Shown: piece after piece, positions 12,480 to 24,366 of the stretch | How positions within the stretch are numbered: position 1 is the stretch's first letter | Layout: each line of letters starts with the position of its first letter | Assembly: GCA_028534125.1 (NCBI GenBank) | Contig: CM052817.1 | Span: 3,970,001 to 4,034,000, forward strand | From: Lama glama | Taxonomy: Eukaryota | Direction: 5' to 3' | DNA length: 64,000 nucleotides | Notes under the pieces: generated by a model | What the model saw: the letters and a program-made list of their open reading frames with translations, nothing else | What the model was told of the DNA's origin: nothing | Database searches by the model: none | Translations under genes and position numbers: made by a program

Positions 12480-13050
12480 CTTTTTTTTTTTTACAATTTC
12501 AATAAAGTTTTAATGAAAACTTTCAAATATGTACTAAAGTAGAGAAAATAATATACTGAATTGCTCCTCGTCCATCCCCTTGCTTTTCAGCTGCTCTCAA
12601 GATTTTGCTGTAGTTTATTTATTTTCCTATTCTTTTGGTTCAAGAAGTTTTAAGCGAATTCCAGACTCCTGTCCATTCACCCTGACATCAGTAGGCGTCT
12701 TGGAAAGGTGAGGGCATTTCTTACATAACCAAGCACCACTGTCTCCCCTAACAAAATGCCTGCTAACTCCTTCTGATCTAAACTCTGGTCTGTCTGAGTA
12801 GGTCAACTATACTTCAACAGAAAAATAAGTAAACAGACAAACTGATTAATTCTGGTTCATCTTAGCGATGCCCCCAGTTGTCTTAAAAATGTCTTTTTAT
12901 GTTTGGTTGGTTTGACCCAGGGTCTAAAGTCCTGCCTCTGTGTTGGTTGTTCTGTTTCTTAAGTCTTCTCTGATCAAGACCAGTCCTCCATCCCATTCTC
13001 AGACCACTGATTTGCTGAAGACATTTGTTACTGTTTTGTAAGGATTGCTG
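12480..13050 (-). mobile_element. Old LINE-1 (L1ME-like) 3' fragment
   Basis: T-rich start, then aaaactttcaaatatgtactaaagtagagaaaataatata...cttacataacc, typical of L1ME. Confidence 0.55.
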
Positions 13051-13826
13051 TGTCACCCTCATTGTCCCCCTAATCCCTGTCTGGATCCCAGTTGCCTGAT
13101 GGGACTGGAGGCTGATGGAGGTTTGCCTGGATCCCGGGAATCCCCTGGGTGTGCCCCTCTTTCCTTCCAGGACCCCTTCTCATCCCTCATCAACTCAGAG
13201 ATGCTGGGTAGGGGGTCCAGCGGTGCACACCACCTCCACCAAGAGCTGCCCACATTGCAGACTCGTGAGCAAATAAATGGTTTCTGTTTGAAGCCATTGA
13301 GTCTGGAGGTGATATGATACACAGCACTGGTAGCTGGAGTAGTCATAGCTCCCCGACATTGAATTTTCAGTCCTGCTCCTTTCCTGCTCCTTCTGAGCCC
13401 CCGTGTCCAGCTGCTGCGCTCTCTTCTAGATTCTGTGGCTCCCTCAGGACCTTCTCGTAACTTCCTTGTTGCTTATGATAGCTTGTGTCAATTTCTGTTC
13501 CTTATAACTCAAGAACCCTAATTCCCAGTCCCAGCCGGGAGGTGACTCAGCTCAGATCTTAATACAGGACTAGAACCTGGCCCTTCTGAAACATAGGACC
13601 CGGAGTCCTGTCCCATTCGACATCAGTGGATACCCTTTTTGGGCATGCCTGCTTCCTCTGTACACAGCTCAGCACCCAGTATCCACCTGGTACCCACTGG
13701 GTGCTGGGTAAATGTGTGTTTGCATGGTTGAATGAGTGAACAGATCTTCAAATCTGACCCCAGAGCAGTCCTTTTTTTTTTCTCCCCAATTACCTAGCCT
13801 TCCCCGGCCAAGTTCCCTGAGTGTAG

Positions 13827-14873
13827 GCAGTCTTTGCTTTCCACTGTTCCAGTATGTGCAGATTACAGTCACCACGACTGAGTTCAAATAATGCTGGTCC
13901 CCCAACCACACAGTCCAGATTTCCACGGAATGCTAGCCGTGAGTAATTGATCAAGTTCAACCTTTGCCAGTCACTTTCCAGTCCACAAATCACTAAGTAA
14001 ATCAGATGAGCATTGTGATCTGTGACCAAGTGGCTGCTTTCAGGGTCTGTTGCTGGTTGGTCCCTGTGTGTCTGTTAGTTCATGCACACACAGCAGGAAA
14101 GGTAGTGATGTCGCCTCCTTGTCTCCTGGTGGTAAACGCATGTGATGTTTTACAGAAATGGACAGTCAAAAGCAGGAACTGGCCCCCAAAGATGATGGTA
14201 AGCAAAACAACAATAAAACAACAATGCTGGAAGGGGGATTAGCACTGAACGTAAAAGGAGTCACAGAGGAAATCGCTGGTCCTGGGGACATTGGACCTGT
14301 GGCCGTCGGACACCCTGATACTCAGCCGGGGGAACCAAGAGAAGGTGAACCTACCGACATAAATGAGGAAAGTGCCTGTGGCAAAAGGATGAAGATGTCC
14401 CAGAGGGAGTGACGCTGGCAACACACTTCGTGTTAAGGGAACTCGGCAATATTTCACAATGTTGAAAGTGCAGAGGATAGAATCTTGGAAGCCGATCTAA
14501 ACTTAGAAAGGCAATTCTCCAAGGCACGGAAAGATGTTTGCCCAGTGTCGTTAAGTCATCCAACAAGCAGAAGAAGCCAGCACTGTTGGAACTAGTCTTG
14601 ATAACATGTTTTAAAAAGAAATAAAACACTTGCATTCGCAGTGTGTCTAATGTTTTAAGTGACCGTGTAATTATAAAACCATTACTTATAGAATATTAGT
14701 TTTACTGTTTTCTATTTCCCTGTACACTTACAACCATCAATAATGTCTTCACAAAGCTTCTTAAAGGTCATGGACTTTGGTAATTTCTGCATTGATTATT
14801 TAGAATGCTGTGACTGGTTTCAGCTTACACAATCATTTTTAGGGTCCCCCACAGTTGTGCAAAGTGAGAACTC
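13827..14873 (+). mobile_element. TcMar-Tigger-like DNA transposon relic
   Basis: Degenerate inverted ends (cagtctttgctttccactg ... cagttgtgcaaagtgagaact) with internal Tigger-like segments (ggagtcacagaggaaatcgctg; gatctaaacttagaaagg). Confidence 0.55.
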
Positions 14874-16682
14874 CCCACACTCACGCCAAATGGGCCATGT
14901 CTACGCTATGTGGCCCTTCCACGCGTCAGAGCTTCGGTAACGTTAACCGCGGCTAGAGGATTCCAGTCAATATCCTCCTTATTGAAATTGGCAGCTCGAG
15001 ACTATGGAGTGACTTAAATTCCTCCCTGTAGAAATGGCCAGGCAGCCAATGGACCACTGAGAGGGGCACATGCCTTCCCTCCACTGTGTTCACCCTGCAG
15101 ACCTCCAGCCAGCCTGCCTGCTTTGGGAACAATCCATCAGGGAATGAACTGGCTGAAGGAGTCGGGGGCCAAATGATCGTGGTTCCTACTTCGATTTTCA
15201 GTGTGAAAGGTGATTTTTAAAAAAACCTGAATATTTTCCCTAAGGAGAGGTAAGACTCTTTATTGAAGCTGTGCAAATATAAATCCATCATCATACTGTG
15301 TGCCATGTCATCTTAGCCTGGGAGCTAATGTGCATGAATGTTAAGATGCTCCTTGTAAGATTTTAATTTTATTTCTGTTTTAGCTAGTTACAGAAACATT
15401 GGAAATGCAAAAAGTAGAATAAAGAAGGGGAAAAAGTAACATCCTCGGTTCCACTGCCCCAGAAACATTGTTCCAGTTTTGTTCTATTTCTTCCTACTGC
15501 CCCACTGAAGATTGTAATGTAAATACAGTTTTCTTTCTTTTAAAATATTTAGCATGCTGAAACATTCCCGCATATCATTACATACTCCAAGTAAACAGTT
15601 TTAATGGCTGCATAATAATCCATCTAGTAGATACAATTATTTATTCAGTAACTACGTATGGATTCATCCATCAGACTGGGGTTGATGGCCTGCAGCGGAT
15701 ATGTGGGTGGGGAAGGGGGATGCAAGAAAGAGGAGGTCTAGGTCCCAGCCTGTCCCTTGAGAACCTCTGGAACCAAGGAGACATAAACAGATGACCGTAA
15801 TACAGTGCGATGGGAGCTGGGATGCAGTGGGTCCTGTCGCAGCCTGGGAGCAGATGGGCAGAGAGGCTGAGTCCGGGGCAGCGGCGCAGCTGGCCCAGCA
15901 GGGCAGCCGGGAGCTGGGGAGGAGGCATCCCAGCAGGAGGGGTGTTACGGACAGGAGCTCGGAGGTGAGAAAGGGCCGTAGAGGTGGGAGACCTCCCACT
16001 CTTGGACACTGTTTTCCCAACTTCGGGTGTTTCATATAAAGATGTGAAGTGCACCCTTGGGAACGTCCATTTCCGTGTGTTTCGGGTTTTTCCCACCTCT
16101 GGGTATCTGGGAATGCAGTTTCTTGGTGAAAGGATAGGAGTGTTTCTAACGGGCTTGAATTAAGATTCAAATATCATGTTGTTGACTAAACTAAAAATAA
16201 AATTTACCGAAAAATTTCATGAGTGATCTTTAAAAGAGTAATTCTTTATGTGTAACACAGCTTTGGAGTAATCTATAGATCACAGCAAACCCATCAGTCT
16301 CTGTCTCTCTTGCTTTAAAAAAAAAAAAAAGGATCAATTTCAGCTCCAGGACATGGTGACTTACGGCTGTGTCCACTGTCTCATGATGGGTGTCTGATGG
16401 GTGATGGGGCTTTGGCTGTGCGGGAGCAGAATCGTCGTGCTGTGAACCTTTTTCCGCATGTACGACTGTTTTGTCTTCGTGATAAAATAATAATGATGAT
16501 GGTGTTGGGGAGGGAGGCTACCATTTCTTGACTGCTACAATGTCACGAGACATATGTTTCATGATCTCACTGGAACTTTATACCCACTCTGGGAGGTGGT
16601 GAGAATGACCTCCTTTTATAGACCAGGAAACAGAACCCCAGAGAGGTCAGGTCGCACGCCCAAAGTCACGTGGTGGTGTCAT

Positions 16683-17180
16683 GGTTACTATTACTACGTA
16701 ACAAACCACTGTAAATTCAGTGACCTAGGATGACAGCCATTTTGTTACGTCCCCTGGATTCTGTGGGTCAGAAATTTGGGCAAACCTATCATACGTGGCA
16801 GCTTCTGGGTCTCCTTTCTAAGCTGATGGGTGGGCTGGCCTGGAGGGTCCCAGATGGTTTTACTCGCATGTTTTGCGTGTGGTGGGGCTGTTTGGGAGGC
16901 TGGGCTCCCCAGGGACCGTCGACGCGACCTCTCCTGCGTGGCAGTCTCAGGGCACTGGGACTCCTTGGGTGGCGACTGTCTTTCCCAAATCAAGCACCCC
17001 AGGAACCAGGTGCGGCACCTGACCTGCTGACCTCAGAGTCTCACTCACCAGTTGTGTGACTTTTGTTCAGTCAAGTCACAGGCTGGCCCAGGTTGAAGGG
17101 GTGTTAGATTCCAACCTTGGATTTGGGAAAGGCAGCATCACACTGTGGAGAGCAGATGGGATGGGAGACGGTGCTGTGAC
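16683..17180 (-). mobile_element. MaLR (MLT1-type) LTR remnant
   Basis: ggttactattactacgtaacaaaccactgtaaattcagtgacc...gattctgtgggtcagaaatttggg. Confidence 0.65.
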
Positions 17181-17374
17181 CCCCTCTGAGGAGCGTGGTC
17201 TGCTGCAGACAGCCGGCTGAGCCAAGGTCTGCACGCGGCTGTGTCTGACCTTGGAGCTGCTGCGTCTCCCGTGTCCTCCTGACCAGTCAGGGGAAGCGGA
17301 GGACTTGTCCTCCTGACCATTTCTCTGTTCAGAAATACGAAAGGCATCCTGTAACTTTATTTCAACACAGAGTT

Positions 17375-18075
17375 TGCGACAGTGTGGATGAAACTTGAGG
17401 GCATCGTGCTAAGTGAAGTCAGACAGAGAAAGACAAATACCATACGATCTCACTTACATGTGGAATCTCGAAAAGCCAAACTCAGAGAAACAGGGCCTAG
17501 AATGGTAGTTTCCAGGGACTGGGAGTAGGGGAAACCAAGGGATGTTGGTCAGAGCATCTAGTTATAAGGAGAGTAAATTCTGGGGATACAATGTATAATC
17601 TATAAATCGTATAATATAATCTATAATATGTAATATAATCTAAAGCCTGGTGACTGTAGTTAATAATACTGTATTATGTATTTTATATATATACAAAATT
17701 ATATAGACCTGATTATTTTGATAATTTTAATTAAAATAAAATTTTTACTGACGTGTAGTCAGTTATAATGTGTCAGTTTCTGGTGTACGGCACAATGTCC
17801 CAGTCATGCATGTACATACATATATTCATTTTCATATTCTTTTTATTTTGATAATTTTAATTATCAAAAATCATGTATTTGATTATATAGTTACAAGGAA
17901 AGTAGATCTTAAAAATTTGCACCACAAACAAAGAAATGGTAAGAATCTTGGAAGGGAAGCGTTAGCTATGGTGGTAATCATTTTGCAACAATATGAATGT
18001 ATCAAATCAACACATTGTGTACCTTCAACTAACCCAGCGGTCTATGTCAGTTATAACTTGATGAATCTGGAAAAG
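17375..18075 (+). mobile_element. Older LINE-1 3' fragment interrupted by a younger L1 3' end
   Basis: gtggatgaaacttgagggcatcgtgctaagtgaagtcagacagagaaagacaaatacc ... atcaaatcaacacattgtgtacctt. Confidence 0.8.
17734..17842 (-). mobile_element. Very short (~110 bp) lineage-specific L1 3' end with a perfect 21-bp TSD
   Basis: Reverse complement of the L1 tail seen near 34440-34540; flanked by TTATTTTGATAATTTTAATTA at 17713-17733 and 17843-17863. Confidence 0.8.
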
Positions 18076-19019
18076 ATAAATACGGACAACAAGAGATGAG
18101 TAAATGCTTTTTGTAGGAGGCAAACGAGATTGCCCGCAGACCTGCCTCCGTGTATGCGCACCAGGCGGAAGTTACTAGTACAGACGGGGGCCGGGTTGGG
18201 GCGCAGCCTGTCAGTCACCCCCAGCCCTGCCCGCTGCGGGTGCGCAGTGCGACGTCACACCTGGGACGACGGCCTAGGCTGGGGCTGGGCTTGCTCTAGC
18301 CCCCAGCGGGGGTGGGGGGAGCTGCAGAAGGGGCCGGTGAGCAGGCTGGCGTTTCTGCTCAGTTTGACTCTAAGGAACGCTGACCTCCCGGATCATCTTA
18401 TTTGTGCAGCCTTGAGGAAGCAGTTTTATTAGAAACCATCACAGTCTGGTGGCCTGGTCTCAGACACGGCCCACGTGGCATCTACCCCTGGGTGATGGGG
18501 ACTGTGATGGAAGGGAAGAGAGCCGCCCTGCTGTTTGGCAAGAGTGCACATGTGCCTGCTCTGGGCTGGGTGGGCAATGTCCAGGCATTGTCCCTGGGAC
18601 GGACTCTGTCATTGTCCCCATTCAACAGATAGGGAGCCAGGAGCTCAGGGTAGGGACGTACCAAGTCTCACAGCGAGGGCTCTTTTCCTGTCTTGTTCTG
18701 ACCGAAAGGTGGGCCTTAGGATCACCCTAAAATCATTGCTGTGAGTCCCAGGCAACGGCCTCTCCCTTCCAGGCCCTTCTCTTCTTGGGGTGGGGAGGGG
18801 GCCACATTAGAGGCTCCCCCAGGCCCCTGGCCTCAGAGTAAGTGTAGGGGGCCCCCTTTCCTTTGAGCATCTGCAAAGCTAAGGGAAAGAGTCTCTGCCC
18901 ACCAGGGTGCAGGTCACGGGACAGGCAGGCACCTTGGTTTGGCCGCTGTGGAAGGGCTCAGCCTGCCCCCTCAGACCCTGGTCAATCAGAGACCCCAGAA
19001 GCCAGGATTCACCCCTTCA

Positions 19020-19485
19020 ATTTAAAAAAAATAGCTTTATTAAGATATAATTCATATACCATACAATTCACTCATTTAAAGTGTGTAACTCAGTGGGGGT
19101 TTTTTTTTGCATATTACTCAATTTTTAAAAAATTGTGGTAAGATATATATAAAACGTGAAATTTGCCATTCTAATCATTTCATTTATTTGTTTTTCATTC
19201 CAATGATTTTGAAGTGTACAATTCAGTGGCATTAATTGCATTCATAATGTCGGGCAACCATCACCACTATCCAGCTCCAAGATGCTTTTACTACTTGGAC
19301 CGAAGCTCTGTCCCCATTAAGCAGTAACGCCCCTCCCTCCGCTCCTGGAAACCTCCAAGCTGTTCCCTGTCCCTGTGAATTTGCGTCTTCTAGGGACCTC
19401 GTCTAAGTGCAGTCACGCACTGTTTGTCTTTTGTGTCTTGTTTCACCGAGCATAATATCTTCTAGATTCATCCATGTTGTGCAGC
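19020..19485 (-). mobile_element. LINE-1 (L1MB/MC-like) 3' fragments
   Basis: agctttattaagatataattcatataccatacaattcactcatttaaagtgtg ... tctagattcatccatgttgt. Confidence 0.8.
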
Positions 19486-22400
19486 TGGCGAGAAGGTTAG
19501 ATCTTTGAAAGCCTGAGGTTCACTGGGGAGAAGACGAACTCACGAGGATGACTTGTTGTGCAGGAGACAGTGGTGGGGAAGGACTCCGCCCTGCGCCTCC
19601 TCACACACGTGCTTCTGAGTGGATGGCTTCCCAGAGGCCCTCCTCTGCCCCACCAGGGAGCGTGGTGTGGGCAGATCCACCACCTACTCCTGCCAACCAG
19701 GGCATTTTCTTTTTTGCACCTCATCTTACTGAGTTGTGAACAGCCCCGGAGGTGATGATGGTTCACTCCATTTTACAGATGAGGAAACTGAGGGTTCTAG
19801 AGGTTAGACCTCCCCTGGCCAGGAGGAGGCAGAGCTGGGGTACATACACTGGGGCCCTTCCAATGACTTCAAACTCCACTCCTTCCCTTTAGGGCCCCTC
19901 CCTCCATGCTTTTGGTCCTTGGTGCTTTTGCATCTGCAGAGTGGAAGGATACAGAGAAGGATTGGGTCACCCTGGGGCCAGCCTTCTACTGCATCCACTG
20001 CCTGTGTGCAGTTGACCTGCCATGGCCCCTATTGTGCCTCTGTATCTTCTGCTGTAAACCAGGGCCAGAGGACTCTTGGGGGTCTCTTCAAGGGCAGGCT
20101 GAGATGACATATTAGGTGCACCTGATACTCAGAAAGGTCCCATCTGATGTCATCTTCCCACTGAGCAGTGGAACCCCAAGTGAAGGGAGCCACGCTCAGC
20201 CCGTCCACACTTGTCAGCATCCCAGGGAAGGATGCTCCAGGGTGGTTCTGAGGGCCTTGACCTTCGGCTCTGACCCACCTCAATCCAAGCCCCATCCTTT
20301 AACCACCAAGGGCATCCTGTAGTGTGGCCATGAGGAGCTGGAGCCGAGCATGGGGGTGCGGGCAGCCCATGCAGGCGGTGGGCAGCAAGCATGCAGGGGC
20401 GGCAGCATGGCCAGCTCAGCCCCGCGGTCTCCTGCAGTCCCAAGAAGTTCCAAGAGGGTCATGATCAGCACTGGGCCAGAGGGTGAATTGCGTCTCCGGG
20501 AGACCGTCGGGCCAGGACATCAGGCGGGACAGCAGGGCCCCCAGGTCCCACATGGCCTCATGCCAAGCACTCGGTTGATGACTTTGCTTCCAGGAAGCTC
20601 CTGAGCCCCAGGCTTGGGAGCCTTTGTTGGAGCTGGGAGCCCCCGTGATCCACCGTGTGAACCACAGGCATGCCTTGTTCTGGCACCTTCCCTACGAGTG
20701 ACCCAATTTTCATCACTCCAAACTGGGGCACTTCTGGCTACATATGTGTGTCCATATGGGGACAGTTGGATGGCAGGTGATAAATTGGGGCAGTGGCTAA
20801 AAACTCAGGGGTTGGAGTGGCATCCTTGTAAGGGGCTGTGTGTGATGACAGGTGATGGTGCTGGGCCTGGAGACCCCTGTGCACGGCCAGGCCTCTCCGG
20901 TGACTGGCTGTGTGATGCTGGGGAAGCCGTGTCTCCTCCCTGGGCCTCAGTTTTCTCGTTTGTGGGATGAAGGTTCTGCCTTGACGCACGGATGCCAGTG
21001 TGTTCTCTGAAACAAAGGCCTCTGCAGGCGGAGGTGGGCTGTGGGCATGAGGCCCACACCCCCGGAGCCGGGTCCCATGAAGACCCCGGGGGAAGATCCA
21101 GGAGGACTGAGATGGGACGAGAGTGAAGCTGAGAAGTGAGGGAGAGCGAGCTGTGCCCTGAGAATTAAAGCCCCATGTTCACATGCTGGGGATGTCATTG
21201 GAGGACGTGCAAGTCATTCTGAAGGGACAGGTGGCCCCCGGGCCAGCAGGGCCAGCAGGAGGTGGCTGGACCCATTTATACATGTAAGGGAGGCACAGGT
21301 CTGTTTTCTCAACAATGTTGGACGAGCGGTGGGACCCGGTCCCTCCCGTCATGCGTGCAGGTTGCTGGGGGCCCTCGTTCTGGGGGAGGGCTCTTCCTGA
21401 CCCTCTCTACCCTCACTGTCACAGGCTCCTCCTGGGCGGGGGCTAGGGGCCGGGGGCCCTCTGGTTTGTGGGCTTGGGACCCGTTGTGACTAGTACAGGC
21501 CTGGGCTGGGTCAGTGCTGCCTGCGCCATGTGTGAGGCCTTTCTGGGTCCCGGGACAGCGAGTCCCACTCACATTAGGGCTTACGCCCCATCCTCCCCGG
21601 GAGGGCCTTTCCCTGGATTCAAGGTTCTGCTGAGCTTGACTTCACGCGCCTGACTCCTCTCTCCCCTTCTGGGGAATCTCACACTCGGACAGGAACAGGG
21701 GTACTGTTGATCGGGCCCCCAGAGCAACCCAAATCCCTCGGCAGACTGGGGCCAGAGGGGCAGGGCGAAGGGTATTTGGGGGTGGGGGGGCACAAAGGAG
21801 AAAGCATCCTTTCTCCTCCCCCCGCCTGGCCACCCCAACCTGGCGGCGGGTGTGGGACAGCTGAGGCCCCGGGAGGTGGCTGAGAATTCATTATGCTTCG
21901 GCTTTGTAACCGGGCAGCTATAAAAACCTATCAGCAGTGCAGCACCTTCTCCATAAAACAGGCTCGGCTGGATTTATAACCCGAGGCCCCTTCTCCAGGG
22001 CTGCTCACAGAAAAGGAACAAAGGGGCCTGCACCCCAGCTGGCCTGTCCGTTCCCACCCTCTCAACAGAGGCGATACCCGTCCTTTGCAGAGAACATGGA
22101 AAATCTGGGAAACGGAAGAGAAGGCACCTTCAGTGTTCGCGTTGTAGATGGAATTTGTTGCAGTGAGAAGCTGGGTTTAGCTGGGGAGCATGGGATGTTT
22201 AGGAGAGGAGCCACCCAGAAGAGGAGAACTTAGCCAGGCGGAGAGGCCTGGCCGTGTAGGACGGGGAGACCCCGGTGGGTTTGAGAGAATGTACTTTAGA
22301 GGTGCAGCCATCTTTGTGCGTTGGTTCCCCCAGACAGCCCACAATTTACTGAGCACATGCTATGTGTCAAGTGCTTTGCTGGGAGTGGGGGATATGGCCC

Positions 22401-24194
22401 TGGATATGGCTGACAAGATCTGTGCCCCAAGGAGTCCCTGAAACAGACTAGATGACAAGGGGGGTCCTGGGACTGTGGTGCGGAGAAGCCTAGGGGCTGG
22501 GCGGGCTGCCCAATGTGGCCGGGGTGGTGGGAAGTCAGGGAAGGCTTCCTGTAAGTAGTGACGGCATTCGGCATGTCTCTCTCAGTGCCTGCTTTGTGCG
22601 GGTGTTGCGACTGGTGTTGGGGATATGGGGGAGACAGGGCCCTGAGCAAGTCCTAGGATCTAAAGGAGGAGCTGGAGTCGGAGGAGATGGGAAGAGGGTT
22701 CCAAGGGTCAGCAGGCATGAGTCAGTGTGAAGGGGAGGCAGGGGCAGGCCCAGTTCAAGGCCCTCAGCACCCCGCCCTGTGGAATGTGGAATTGTTATCT
22801 CCAGTTGACATACAGGGAAATGGAGGTGGGGGCTTCACAGCTCCTAAGTGAGCAGGCTAGGATTCGAACCCAGGCCTGCAGATGCCCATTCAGCCCTCGC
22901 TCAGGTCTGCACGGATCTCCTTATACCTGGGACTCTGGGTTGGGTACCGTGTCCAGGGTGGCTGGTGGGTTCGTTGGCCAGCTCTGCCATCAGCCTTCCG
23001 TCTTTATTGGCTGGGATGCTGAAGGGCCGGAATCCCCTGAGCTGACCCACTGTGCGTATCATCTGGCGTTTTCCTTCAAGCACTTGGCCGGCTTTGAGAG
23101 TGCAGCTGAACCGTTGCTTGATCTGTCTCTGACCCAGATGAAGAACTGGGTAGCCATTTGCCCAATAAAGTGAGAGACAGAGCCTTTGTTCAGATTTAAA
23201 ATGGGGGTGTTGATGCAGGCATGGGGAAGCCAGTGTTTCTAGAGCTGGATGCTGGTCCAAGGCACCTCGATCCTTATCTCGACAGCCTTCTGCAGTTAGC
23301 GCTGGTACCACCCACTCCATTCCGTAGGTAAGAACACAGGCTCAGAGAGGTCAGGCTTCCAGCCCTGGGTTGCACAGCCAGCAGAGAGGTGGGAATGGGG
23401 TTCAGACCCAGCTTTGCCTGATTCCATAGCAAATGCCGTTTCTACCACACCCTGCATCACCTGGAGCTGATTTTGCTGCTGCAGGAAGCTCCACCCCTCA
23501 GGGCCATCTAGGACGGGCAACGCAATGAAAGAAAATGAAGGTGGATCCTACAGAAACTCAGCTCGGAAGCTCTGCTGGGCGCCTCTGTGCGCAGGTTGGG
23601 ATCAGCCTCTTTTCATTCCTCGCTGGCCCTGGGAGCCCCATTCCCATGATCAGGACCAGCTGTTTCTCCCTCAGCATTTGGCGTCTGGTGAAAGCAGAAG
23701 AGAAGATTCTGGTCTCTCAGGACAGGCCCTGTGGGAGACAGCCCATTTTCCAGAACTCTCAGGCAGGGGCTTAGGTGACTGGGGTTCCAGGACTTAGAGA
23801 TCCACATCCCTGCCGAATCTGTCGTTCTCCTGTCTGCGCTGCACACCTCACCCTGCCATGCGCGGGGGCTGGACGTCCTGACGGGGGAGCGCCTCCCCAT
23901 GGAGGCGCGGGGCGGGGCAGCAGAGGGGCACAGGGCCAGCTCGGGGCAGGGGGCCGCAGGGTCGAATGCCTCCCATCTGTGCAGCTCTGTATTTTTGTTC
24001 CTCTCCAGTACACACTTAGTGAAGTTTTATTAGCAGTGGCTTTTACAGTCAAAATCAAACATCATTTATTATTAAAAATCAAAGCCATGTATTTTTATGG
24101 TAGCAAATATTAGAGCAGGGCAGTGGTGTAACGTGAAGCTGTGGTTGTTTCTGAATTGGCACTTACAGCTTGCTCTGTTTTCTCTCTGTCTCTC

Positions 24195-24366
24195 TTTTTT
24201 TTTAATTATCATTGAAGTGCAGTCAGTTCACAGTGCTGTGTTAGTTTCTGGTGTACAGAGCAGTGATTCAGTTACTTACATAGATTCCTTTTCATAGTCT
24301 TTTCCACGACAGGCTGTTATAAGGTGCTGAACGGAGTTCCCTGTGCTCCGCAGTAGGACCTCGTGG
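24195..24366 (-). mobile_element. Short L1 3' end of cetartiodactyl type
   Basis: Poly-T then attgaagtgcagtcagttcacagtgctgtgttagtttctggtgtacagagcagtgattcag; same family as the 6484 element. Confidence 0.75.
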
